Source: Terrimicrobiaceae bacterium (GTDB lineage: Bacteria; Verrucomicrobiota; Verrucomicrobiia; Chthoniobacterales; Terrimicrobiaceae). Taken from it: a DNA stretch of 16,782 nucleotides. How positions within the stretch are numbered: the first letter of the stretch is position 1; the number at the start of each line of letters is the position of its first letter. Below the pieces are notes generated by a model, which searched no databases, was not told where the DNA came from, and saw only the letters and a list, made by a program, of their open reading frames with translations. Below, piece after piece: positions 1-8,465 of the stretch. The stretch is taken from contig JBIIPZ010000052.1 of the NCBI GenBank assembly GCA_044342325.1, forward strand, positions 1-16,782, given 5' to 3'. The position numbers were made by a program, and so were the translations under genes.

Positions 1-161
1 CGTTCTACAATCTCCCGGCGTTGCGAAAAGCGATCGCGCACGACCTGCCACCGGCCCCGCACGGCCTCTGGACAACCTGGCGCGAGATTATTCCCGTTCT
101 CAAGAAGCAACGCGAGGACCCGAGCTACACCTTCATTCCCGAGTTGCCGAGTGCGGCTTGA
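1..161 (+). CDS. 3' end (partial) of fatty acid desaturase-family protein, MocD-like
   Basis: Not in ORF track. Frame from base 3 reads FYNLPALRKAIAHDLPPAPHGLWTTWREIIPVLKKQREDPSYTFIPELPSAA* (TGA 159-161), matching the C-terminal pattern after the last His box of MocD-like desaturases. His boxes lie outside the window. Confidence 0.7.
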   Translation, partial: FYNLPALRKAIAHDLPPAPHGLWTTWREIIPVLKKQREDPSYTFIPELPSAA

Positions 162-179
162 GTTGAACCGCCAAGAGGA

Positions 180-1205
180 CTACCAGCCCACGATGAGTTT
201 ATCCTTCGCTGAGATGGTCCATTTTTCCAGCATCTCGATACCTTGCAGCGCGATTTTTGCTTCCACGCGCGAGGGATCGCCTGCCTTGTGGTGTGCAAGG
301 ATATCCATGAACAATCTGTCGAAATAGAGGTTTGTTTCGATTGTTCCGTGATGGAAGTTTTCATCGACGACAGGACATTTGATTGCGCCTGATTTTGCTG
401 AGAATCCGCGCAATGTCCCTATGTCGCCTTCTTCAGGAGAAAGGACGAGTTCGAGGAATCCCTGATCGCCGTCTGCTCTCAGAATCGTGGAAAGAGATGG
501 CGTGTGCTCGCCGGATTCCACAACCAATCTGGCTCCGTCATCGAAATGAACAGTCCCCAACAGTTGTTTTTCAATGGCGACTCCTTGGTATTTTTCGGAG
601 TCGGACCATTGGATCGCGGCGAACGCTCTCACCGGAGTGCGTGGCGCGAGCCATCCTGCGGCGGTATCCAGAAGGTGGGGGCCGAAATTGATGAATCCCG
701 TGCCGGGGTGAACGACGTGAACGGAGCTGAGTCTACCGATCATTCCGGAATGGATCGCGTCGTAGGCCGCTGCAAAAGGAGCTCCATAGCGACGCTGAAA
801 GTTCACAAAAATGCGGGCTCCGGCAGATTCGGCAGCATCAAGCATTCTGTGGGCGGATGCCGCATTGAGCGCGAAGGGTTTCTCCGCAAGGATGATGTTG
901 GCGCCTACCGCGATGGCCGCCATCACCATTTCCTCACGCTCAGGCGGAAAGGCGCAGACACTCACGAAATCAGGAGCCTCGGCGGTGAGCATTTCCCCGT
1001 AGTCGGAATACATCGTGGTTCCCGGAAACTCGCTGGCAAAAGCTTCGGCATTCCTCGGAGTGCGTGTGGCGGCGGCGGCAAGATGCACGAGACCACCGCT
1101 GCGTTTCATGCTCAGGGCATGGGCATAGGCTATAGAGTGGCGTCCAGCCCGGCCTTGACCGCCGGTTCCGCATCCAATGATGACGGCGCGCATCGGGGAA
1201 CTCAT
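180..1205 (-). CDS. Gfo/Idh/MocA family NAD(P)-dependent oxidoreductase
   Basis: N-terminal Rossmann IIGCG, AEKP motif, NFQRRY, GPHLLD; ATGA overlap with upstream gene. Confidence 0.9.
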   Translation of the reverse strand: MSSPMRAVIIGCGTGGQGRAGRHSIAYAHALSMKRSGGLVHLAAAATRTPRNAEAFASEFPGTTMYSDYGEMLTAEAPDFVSVCAFPPEREEMVMAAIAVGANIILAEKPFALNAASAHRMLDAAESAGARIFVNFQRRYGAPFAAAYDAIHSGMIGRLSSVHVVHPGTGFINFGPHLLDTAAGWLAPRTPVRAFAAIQWSDSEKYQGVAIEKQLLGTVHFDDGARLVVESGEHTPSLSTILRADGDQGFLELVLSPEEGDIGTLRGFSAKSGAIKCPVVDENFHHGTIETNLYFDRLFMDILAHHKAGDPSRVEAKIALQGIEMLEKWTISAKDKLIVGW

Positions 1206-2296
1206 TTCGTTGCTCCTTTCCAGTCAAGCACGGCCGAGAACAAGCGTCGCTCCTTGAGGCCTGCATAGGCGTCCGGCGCATCCGTGTAGGGAAGCACGGC
1301 ATCTAGAAAATCGGAGGACTTGAAACGCCCCGCCCGGATATGCTCGATCACGCGCTGGCGTTCCTCCATTCCCCGATCGCGCGGGGTGATGATGATGGAT
1401 CCCTCTCCTGGGGCCGTGTGGTCTGGATTCCAGGAAACGGGTTCGAGGTAGTTTGCTTGAAAGATCAGCCGGGGCCAGTCGCCTCCGTAGAAATGAATCG
1501 GCTCGACGGTGTAGTCGGCGGAATAGTTCTGCGGCTTGCGGCGAAGCAGGGAACGCGCAAGTTCGACTCCGGGCGAGGAACCCGATGCCTCGACGACGAT
1601 GTCCGCGCCACCATTGGTGAAAACTCCGAGACGCTCTTTGAGATTCTTGTCGGCGGCGGAGACGGCGAGGGCGGCTCCATTCCTGAGGGCACGCTCAAGG
1701 CGGGATTCCTCCATGTCCACCACGGCCACCCGGCACCCTGACAGTAAAAGCCATTTTGCCGAAAGCGATCCGATGAGGCCCTGCCCGATGACGATCGCGG
1801 TCTCGCCTGGTTTGGGCATGGCCGCTTCGACGCCGCGCAGGGGAATGGCGGCAAGCTCCGTGAAAATGTAATCCAGCGGGTCTGCGCCGGCTGGCAGCAA
1901 TGCGGGACGGTCGGTATCATTCGTAGAGGCCACCTGCTCTGCGCTGTGCGCTCCGTAAAGTGTCCTCATATTCGCAAGTGGACGGGTGTTTCTTGCGCTC
2001 ACCAGATCGCCGACACGCCAACCTTTCGCCTCGCTGCCGACCTCGATGATTTCTCCGACCGAGGTGTAGCCCGGCACATAGGGAAACTTTTCCGCCGCGC
2101 CATAGTGCCCAGCGAGCATGCGGAGTTCCGTTCCCGGCGAGATGATCGAGTAATGGGTGCGGATGACAACCTCTGTGGGACCGCACTCATTCCGCTGCAC
2201 GGTGGCGAGGGTCACTTTGTTCGGTTCGCTAAAAACGACGGCTGGGATTGGTGTGTTCACGGCATCCTGTTTAGGCGGCTCATTGGCAGGCTTCAA
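1202..2296 (-). CDS. MDR superfamily dehydrogenase (BchC-like subgroup lacking canonical Zn ligands)
   Basis: GroES-like domain with ISPGTE and PGYTSVG, nucleotide-binding GQGLIG, DIVVEASG. TTG start uncertain (GTG near 2260 possible). Confidence 0.85.
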   Translation of the reverse strand: MKPANEPPKQDAVNTPIPAVVFSEPNKVTLATVQRNECGPTEVVIRTHYSIISPGTELRMLAGHYGAAEKFPYVPGYTSVGEIIEVGSEAKGWRVGDLVSARNTRPLANMRTLYGAHSAEQVASTNDTDRPALLPAGADPLDYIFTELAAIPLRGVEAAMPKPGETAIVIGQGLIGSLSAKWLLLSGCRVAVVDMEESRLERALRNGAALAVSAADKNLKERLGVFTNGGADIVVEASGSSPGVELARSLLRRKPQNYSADYTVEPIHFYGGDWPRLIFQANYLEPVSWNPDHTAPGEGSIIITPRDRGMEERQRVIEHIRAGRFKSSDFLDAVLPYTDAPDAYAGLKERRLFSAVLDWKGATK

Positions 2297-2395
2297 ATGA
2301 ACAAATAGGCTATTTATTCCACTTTTCGGTTTTTTGGATTTGCCGATTGGGGCAATTTAACGAACAAATGAAGTGCTACTTTTTATTTCCCAGCA

Positions 2396-3220
2396 TTGCC
2401 GAATTCCTTTCAAAAACTCAGCACCATTCTTCTCCGCAAGCCCGCCACATTTGTTTGCGGTTGGTCTCAAGAGATGACTCTGCGCCGTTGCCCTATGCAC
2501 GAGCATGAGGTCATGGAACTCGTTTACCATCCGTCAGGGGAGGGGATATCATGCCTCGAGGACGGAACGGAAATCTTCTACTCCGACAGGAGTGTGGTCC
2601 TTTACTCCGCGCGAGTTCCTCATGATCAAACTCCTTTGCGCCCTGGAGCGGATGTTTGCATTCATCTGAAGGTTCCTTCGAAAGCGGCCGATCTCTTTCC
2701 GCCGGCTGATTGCTTCGCGCATCTTTCAGACCCCTCGATCGGTGAAGAGTTTTGGTCTCTGTCGCGGGCTATTCCAATGTCCGGTTCTCCCACATCATGC
2801 ATCCTGGACCTCCGTGTCACGGCGCTTCTCTTGCGGCTTTGCGCGATCTCGGAAAGCGAAATCCGTATTTCGAATCCGCAAAAGGTCTTTGTTCAGAATG
2901 CGCGACAATTCATGCAGGAGCACTTCGGTTCGATTCACTGCGTTGCTGAAGTGGCTGGACACGCTGGTGTGAGCGAGGACTACCTGCGCCACCTCTTTCA
3001 AAGGTTGGAGGGAATTTCCATGACGCAATACCTCGCAAGATTACGACTCGACCGCGCCAAGGACTTGTTGAGGCATTCCCGGCTTCCGCTGAAAGCGATC
3101 GCAAGCCAGTGCGGGTTTCAAACGGACCGCTATTTTTGCACCCGCTTTCTTGCATACACAGGTCTATCCCCGCTCGCATTTCGGAGGCAACCCGGAGGGC
3201 CTCGTCCACCGGACCTTTAG
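2396..3220 (+). CDS. AraC family transcriptional regulator
   Basis: Cupin-like HEHEVMELVY N-domain; C-terminal double HTH (VSEDYLRHLF, IASQCGF...YFCTRF...GLSPLAFR). Start uncertain (TTG 2396 or ATG 2474). Confidence 0.9.
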   Translation: MPNSFQKLSTILLRKPATFVCGWSQEMTLRRCPMHEHEVMELVYHPSGEGISCLEDGTEIFYSDRSVVLYSARVPHDQTPLRPGADVCIHLKVPSKAADLFPPADCFAHLSDPSIGEEFWSLSRAIPMSGSPTSCILDLRVTALLLRLCAISESEIRISNPQKVFVQNARQFMQEHFGSIHCVAEVAGHAGVSEDYLRHLFQRLEGISMTQYLARLRLDRAKDLLRHSRLPLKAIASQCGFQTDRYFCTRFLAYTGLSPLAFRRQPGGPRPPDL

Positions 3221-3418
3221 AGAAGCCGTCGCATTGACGAGGCGTCGGATTGGAAGAATTCCGCAAGCTCAGGGAAGGGCTTTACGACGATAAGAATAGG
3301 GGTGGATAGCGAGGGTGTTTAACACCTCTGTTTCTGTGATGTCACATTCTCTGGGTGGGTTGTTTCGCAGTTGTGCATATGGCGCAGCGTGATTGCCAAA
3401 ATACAGGTGTAAAAGTCT

Positions 3419-4255
3419 TCACCGGATGAGAAGCTGATGATTCTCGCGGTAGGCGCGGGGTGTCGTGCCCGTGGCTGCTTTGAATATCCGGTAAAAGTGG
3501 GAGAGGTTTTCGAATCCGCAATCAAAACAGATTTCGAGGATTTTCTTGGTGCCTGTGCGTAGTTCCCTGGAGGCGAATTCCATGCGGGCGGCATTGACGG
3601 CTTCTGTGGCGGTGATGCCGTGGAAGCGTTGGAGGCTGGCATTCACATGCTGGGAGGTTCGTCCGCAGCTTCGGGCAAGCGCCTCTGTTCCGCCTGTAAA
3701 AATCCCGGGGTTCTTCAGTTGGCTGAGGCCGCGGACGAGCCAATCCGGCCCGCGCTGCAGGTTTTGGGATTTCTGGTCGTTCCGGAGTTCCCGGAAAAGT
3801 TCGAGCAGGAAAATGTCGATATCGCACTGGTCCCGTCGGCTCGCATCGAGGCGACCAACCCAATATCCAAGCCATTCCAGACGGGAAGGGGAGAGCCGGG
3901 TTGTCTCCGGTAGCGGACCCCTCCTCCAAAACCACCTCGTTTCTGAAGGAAAATAACGCGCCTTGATGAAATCGAGGGTGGATTGGGGGAAGGCGATGTT
4001 CACAATGACGAATCCTTGCCGCGATGTAGAGGCCAGTGAGTGGGAATCCGTCGAGCGCACAAAGACCATGTCGCCTGTCTCCAGCAGTGATTCTCTGCCA
4101 TTCACCTTGTGGAGGGTCTGCCCCTGTTCGATCCAAAAAACCTCAGAGAAGTCCTGTTTATGGGAAGGAGCGGCATCTCTGCCATCCAATGCCGCCCTCA
4201 CAATGTGAAACGATTCTCCTTTTTGAACAAGCTTGGACCAAAAAAAGCGCTTCAT
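3419..4255 (-). CDS. AraC family transcriptional regulator (ChbR-like, cupin sensor domain)
   Basis: HKQDFSEVFWIEQG cupin; ICFDCGFENLSHFYRIFKAATGTTPRAYR AraC signature. Confidence 0.92.
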   Translation of the reverse strand: MKRFFWSKLVQKGESFHIVRAALDGRDAAPSHKQDFSEVFWIEQGQTLHKVNGRESLLETGDMVFVRSTDSHSLASTSRQGFVIVNIAFPQSTLDFIKARYFPSETRWFWRRGPLPETTRLSPSRLEWLGYWVGRLDASRRDQCDIDIFLLELFRELRNDQKSQNLQRGPDWLVRGLSQLKNPGIFTGGTEALARSCGRTSQHVNASLQRFHGITATEAVNAARMEFASRELRTGTKKILEICFDCGFENLSHFYRIFKAATGTTPRAYRENHQLLIR

Positions 4256-4334
4256 AAAAATATTTCTATAACATAAAATAATCTTTTCTCAAAGGAAGAC
4301 GCGCTGTCTGGGGTTGCCTATATTTGACGGCCTT

Positions 4335-5177
4335 ATGAGCAACACCTACACCAAACCCCGGTTGACCACTGAACAGGTTGAGAAATTCAGTCGCGAAGGA
4401 TATCTGCTTCCAAAGGAGCCTGTGTTTTCACAGAGCGAATTCGACGCCTTGAGGGCGCACTTTGAGGAAAAGATCGCCAACCTTCCGCCGGATGTCCGTC
4501 CGGAATCCATGGATGTCCCGCACTTCATGGACACCGAACTTTTCCGCTGGGCCATGTCGGATGCTGTTCTTGACCTTGTCGAGCCGATCATCGGTTCCGA
4601 TATTGCCCTTTTCTCGACGCATTTCATTTGCAAGCCGAAGGGCGACGGCAAGCGCGTGCCTTGGCACGAGGATTCGGCCTACTGGAAATCAATGGTTGCT
4701 TGGAGCGATGACGAAAAGGCTCCAACCGATATCGTCACCGTGTGGCTGGCGGTGGATCCCTCCACTCTGGTGAATGGATGCATGAAGGTCATTCCACGGA
4801 CCCATGCCGAAGGGCAAAAAGGGTTTTCGGACTATGTGGATGTCGATACGGCAAAAAATGTTTTCCATCTGGAGATCGATCCCGTGCAACGGCGGGAGGA
4901 ACTCGCGGTGCCTTGCATTCTGGAGGCGGGCCAGTGCAGCCTACACGATGCCCGCCTGATGCACGGCAGCGATCCCAACACGAGCGATATCCGCCGATGC
5001 GGCTACACGATGCGATTCATGGGAACCAATGTGAAGTTGAATCCCGAAGTCGAGAATTACCACCACATCTACCTCGCCAGAGGCAAAGACAAGGCGGGCA
5101 ACAACTATGCCGATCCAACGAAGATCTACCCGGAGAAGGCAAGGTATCGCGAGATCAACCGCAAGCGGATGCATTGA
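4335..5177 (+). CDS. Phytanoyl-CoA dioxygenase (PhyH) family Fe(II)/2-oxoglutarate dioxygenase
   Basis: LTTEQVEKFSREGYL N-terminus, PWHED (HxD), VTVWLAVD, NGCMKVIPRTH, distal HGS and RR. ATG 4335 preferred over TTG 4314. Confidence 0.9.
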   Translation: MSNTYTKPRLTTEQVEKFSREGYLLPKEPVFSQSEFDALRAHFEEKIANLPPDVRPESMDVPHFMDTELFRWAMSDAVLDLVEPIIGSDIALFSTHFICKPKGDGKRVPWHEDSAYWKSMVAWSDDEKAPTDIVTVWLAVDPSTLVNGCMKVIPRTHAEGQKGFSDYVDVDTAKNVFHLEIDPVQRREELAVPCILEAGQCSLHDARLMHGSDPNTSDIRRCGYTMRFMGTNVKLNPEVENYHHIYLARGKDKAGNNYADPTKIYPEKARYREINRKRMH

Positions 5178-5189
5178 TTCTTTGATTTC

Positions 5190-5221
5190 ATGGCGGAAGT
5201 GCTAAACCGCGCTTCCGCCAT
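5190..5221. repeat. 13-bp intergenic inverted repeat (hairpin)
   Basis: ATGGCGGAAGTGC-TAAACC-GCGCTTCCGCCAT with one G-U pair; no U tract on either strand. Confidence 0.7.
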
Positions 5222-5233
5222 CGAACCATATCT

Positions 5234-6163
5234 ATGAGTCTCAAAATCGAATCAAACGAATACCGCTGGATCGAAAACTGGATTACGATCCCCGAATCGC
5301 CACTTGGAAAGACAAACGGCCGCACCCATGGCGTTACTGTCCTGAAAAATGGGGAGGTCGTCATTTTCCATCAGGCTGATCCTGCTGTGCTCTTCTATTC
5401 GCCTGATGGAGTCCTTCTGAAAAAATGGGGCAATTTTCCAGGTGCCCATGGATTGACTCTGGTGGAGGAAGGTGGTCGCGAGCTTCTCTGGCTTGTCGAT
5501 GAGCACACCAAATCCGTCGTCAAAACAACCCTCGATGGAAAAGTTTTGATGAGTCTACCCCAACCGCCACATCCCGAATACGCCAGCGGAAATTACATTC
5601 CCACATGGGCGGCTGTTGCAGAGGAGCGATTTGGTGGCAATGGCGACATCTGGGTTGCCGACGGCTACGGTTCGCATCTTGTTCACCGCTTTGACCGCTG
5701 TGGCACCTATCTGGGAACGCTCGATGGTTCGGAAGGGGCCGGTCGATTCAACTGCCCGCATGGATTAGCGCTCGATACCCGTCGCTCCGAGGCCGAGTTC
5801 TATATCGCCGACCGTGGGAACAGTCGTTTTCAAGTCTATGGTATGGATGGAACCTATTGCCGAAGCTTCGGCGCGGATTTCCTGCACAGCCCGGATGTCA
5901 GCGCCCGCATGGGAGACAAACTGATCGTGCCGGAATTGGTTGCTGGAATTACGGTTCTTGATGCTGGCGACCGTCTTATCGGTCGGCTCGGCTTTCAGTC
6001 TGGAGCCGATAGCCTGCAAGGGTGGCCCAACAACCGCGAGTGGGTTCAAGAGGGCAAATTCAACAGCCCTCACTCCGCAACTGCTGACGCGAAGGGGAAT
6101 ATCTATGTCGTCGAATGGATCACCGGTGGCCGCGTCACCAAACTGGAGCGGGTGGCAAAATAA
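5234..6163 (+). CDS. NHL-repeat beta-propeller, peptidyl-alpha-hydroxyglycine alpha-amidating lyase (PAL)-like
   Basis: NHL repeats with GAHGL, VADGYG, FNCPHGL, IADRGNSR, FNSPHS; no evident signal peptide. Confidence 0.85.
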   Translation: MSLKIESNEYRWIENWITIPESPLGKTNGRTHGVTVLKNGEVVIFHQADPAVLFYSPDGVLLKKWGNFPGAHGLTLVEEGGRELLWLVDEHTKSVVKTTLDGKVLMSLPQPPHPEYASGNYIPTWAAVAEERFGGNGDIWVADGYGSHLVHRFDRCGTYLGTLDGSEGAGRFNCPHGLALDTRRSEAEFYIADRGNSRFQVYGMDGTYCRSFGADFLHSPDVSARMGDKLIVPELVAGITVLDAGDRLIGRLGFQSGADSLQGWPNNREWVQEGKFNSPHSATADAKGNIYVVEWITGGRVTKLERVAK

Positions 6164-6217
6164 CCGCCTCAATAGGAGTCACGATTTTTCAGGATCAATC
6201 GCAGGCGCTCGTGCTGC

Positions 6218-6973
6218 CTAACTTCGGCTTTGATGGATAGCCACGCTTTTTTGGATAGCCAGTGTGGCTTCTGTCGGCAGAAGGTCGACTATGCAGTCGT
6301 TGATGTGATCCCATGCTGAAAACAACACGGTGCTGGGCGCCTGCCATTTGCTTTGGTCGGCAAGAATGATTCGGCGCTTGGCGCGGGCGATGATGTTTTT
6401 TTTGATCTCGCTTTCGGTCAACTCTGTGGTCCAACAGCCTTCGGAATTCAGTCCTGTGGCACCGATCAATGCGAAGTCGAATTGAAGATTGGCGAAGGCG
6501 TTCAGGGCCGGTCCTCCGACGAGGGCTCCGCTGACTTTGCGCAATTCTCCTCCGATGCAGATAATGCTGGCTTCCGCGTGGGAGCATGCAGCGACCAGAG
6601 TGACGGAGTGGGTGATCAAGCGGATGTCCGCGCGGTGCATGAGGATTTTACCGGCTTCCAGACAGGTCGACCCAGCATCAACAAAAACGCTGGAGCCAGC
6701 AGGGATAAGTTCATTCGCCTTGGTGGCGATAGATTTCTTTTCTGTGTTGTGGCGCTGCTGGCGCTCATCGAATGAAATTTCTGCGCGGGCATATAGGGGA
6801 TCAAGCACGCCTCCATGCACTCGGATCAGATCGCCCGCCCGCTCGAGTTCGCTCAAATCCCTTCGCAGTGTGGCTGGTGAGACGCGAAACAGATTTTGGA
6901 GTTCCGCAAAGCTGAGGCGCTGCTTTTCCCTCACAATTTTTCGAATCGAGTTATGTCTTTCTTGAGCGAACAT
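6218..6973 (-). CDS. DeoR/GlpR family transcriptional regulator
   Basis: VSPATLRRDLSELE HTH, RVHGG, VFVDAGST, IGGELR, ILADQSK. Confidence 0.95.
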   Translation of the reverse strand: MFAQERHNSIRKIVREKQRLSFAELQNLFRVSPATLRRDLSELERAGDLIRVHGGVLDPLYARAEISFDERQQRHNTEKKSIATKANELIPAGSSVFVDAGSTCLEAGKILMHRADIRLITHSVTLVAACSHAEASIICIGGELRKVSGALVGGPALNAFANLQFDFALIGATGLNSEGCWTTELTESEIKKNIIARAKRRIILADQSKWQAPSTVLFSAWDHINDCIVDLLPTEATLAIQKSVAIHQSRS

Positions 6974-7022
6974 TGTTGTTTGTTATTATTTTGATCGTTA
7001 AGATAGTCTCTTTTTCAATTTC

Positions 7023-8402
7023 ATGACTGCAAAATTCAAGTCTTTGGCAGCAGCTCAGTTTCCTCATATAGCACGCCTTGAGGAGAAAGAAGACCTTATT
7101 CCCTATTCGTTTGATGGCACGGCGACATTTCAGACCATGCCAGATCTCGTGCTTTTTCCGACCAGCACGGAGGAGGTGGCTGGACTGGTGAAGATGGCGG
7201 GGGATTGCAGAGTGCCAGTGGTCACGCGCGGTTCGGGCACGGGATTGAGCGGTGGAAGTATTCCTGTGGAGGGAAGCGTGGTTCTGTGCCTCTCGAAAAT
7301 GAACCGTATTCTGGAGGTAGATGAAAAAAACCTCACTCTGCTCGCTGAGGCAGGCGCCATAACGCTCGACGTGGCTACGGTTGCCGAAAAAGCCGGGCTG
7401 TTCTATCCCCCGGACCCGGGCTCGATGAAGATTTCTACGATCGGCGGTAATGTCGCGGAAAACTCCGGCGGACTGCGCGGGCTGAAGTATGGCGTGACGA
7501 AGGATTATGTGATGGGCCTGGAAGTCGTGCTGGCCTCGGGAGAGGTTGTTTTCACAGGCAACAAATGCGTGAAGGATGTTGCCGGATACTCGCTCCGGGA
7601 CCTCTTTATCGGCTCCGAGGGCACTCTCGGCATTGTCACCAAGGTCCTGCTCAAACTTATTCCAAAACCCGCCGCTAGGCGCACGCTCATGGCTGTCTTT
7701 GCAACGATGGAGAGCGCTGCTGAGACGGTGTCGGCCATCATTGCCGCAAAGATCATTCCTTGCACTCTGGAGTTCCTCGATGCGGTGACGATCAATTGCG
7801 TGGAAGATTTTGCCAAGGTTGGCCTTCCCCGCGATGCGGCGGCGATTTTGTTGATTGAGACAGATGGTCACCCTGCCGCAGTCGCCGAGGAGGCGGACCG
7901 CATGGCCGAACTCGCCCGCCAGCATGGGGCGACCTCTGTGCAAGTCGCCGAAACAGCTGAACAAGCTGCAGCCTTGGCCACAGCACGCCGCGCCGCATTT
8001 TCCTCGCTCGCCCGCGTCGCGCCGACGACCATCCTCGAGGATGCCACGGTTCCCCGTAGCGAGTTGGCGAAAATGATCCGCTTCATTCAAGAGACCGGTC
8101 AGCGTCACAATCTCAAAATAGGAACCTTCGGCCACATGGGCGACGGCAACCTGCACCCGACTTTCCTCACCAACGAGCGCAACCTAGAGGAAATGCACCG
8201 CGTCGAACTCGCGATGAAAGAGATCTTCGATTTCGCCGTCTCCCTCGGAGGCACCATCACCGGCGAACACGGAGTCGGCCTTGCTAAAAAAGAATTCCTC
8301 AAAGCCGCCACAAGCGACCTGAACCTCGAGATCATGCGCCGCATGAAAACCGCTTTCGATCCGGCAGGAATACTCAATCCGGGGAAAATCTTCAACGCTT
8401 GA
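7023..8402 (+). CDS. glcD: Glycolate oxidase subunit GlcD-like FAD-linked oxidase
   Basis: RGSGTGLSGG, YPPDPGS, STIGGNVAENSGG, GSEGTLG, GHMGDGNLHP, ITGEHGVG, DPAGILNPGK; glcF downstream. Confidence 0.9.
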   Translation: MTAKFKSLAAAQFPHIARLEEKEDLIPYSFDGTATFQTMPDLVLFPTSTEEVAGLVKMAGDCRVPVVTRGSGTGLSGGSIPVEGSVVLCLSKMNRILEVDEKNLTLLAEAGAITLDVATVAEKAGLFYPPDPGSMKISTIGGNVAENSGGLRGLKYGVTKDYVMGLEVVLASGEVVFTGNKCVKDVAGYSLRDLFIGSEGTLGIVTKVLLKLIPKPAARRTLMAVFATMESAAETVSAIIAAKIIPCTLEFLDAVTINCVEDFAKVGLPRDAAAILLIETDGHPAAVAEEADRMAELARQHGATSVQVAETAEQAAALATARRAAFSSLARVAPTTILEDATVPRSELAKMIRFIQETGQRHNLKIGTFGHMGDGNLHPTFLTNERNLEEMHRVELAMKEIFDFAVSLGGTITGEHGVGLAKKEFLKAATSDLNLEIMRRMKTAFDPAGILNPGKIFNA

Positions 8403-8409
8403 GGCGTTG

Positions 8410-8449
8410 GAAATCCAACATCCAACATCGAACTCCCAAATCGAAATGA
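8410..8449 (+). repeat. Heptamer tandem array A (CATCCAA-type)
   Basis: GA AATCCAA CATCCAA CATCGAA CTCCCAA ATCGAA ATGA. Confidence 0.85.
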
Positions 8450-8465
8450 CCAACTTTCTTGCTTG

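Noticed and set aside
3335..3346. CRP site TGTGA..TCACA
   Set aside because: Spacer is 2 nt rather than 6, and it lies between convergent genes.
4335..5177. SyrB2-type halogenase
   Set aside because: The metal motif is HxD, not HxA/G, which indicates a hydroxylase.
6951..8156. Long antisense ORF (401 aa), and similar ones at 504-1268, 11123-11854 and 13777-14643
   Set aside because: Shadow frames opposite well-supported genes in GC-rich DNA, with no recognisable motifs.
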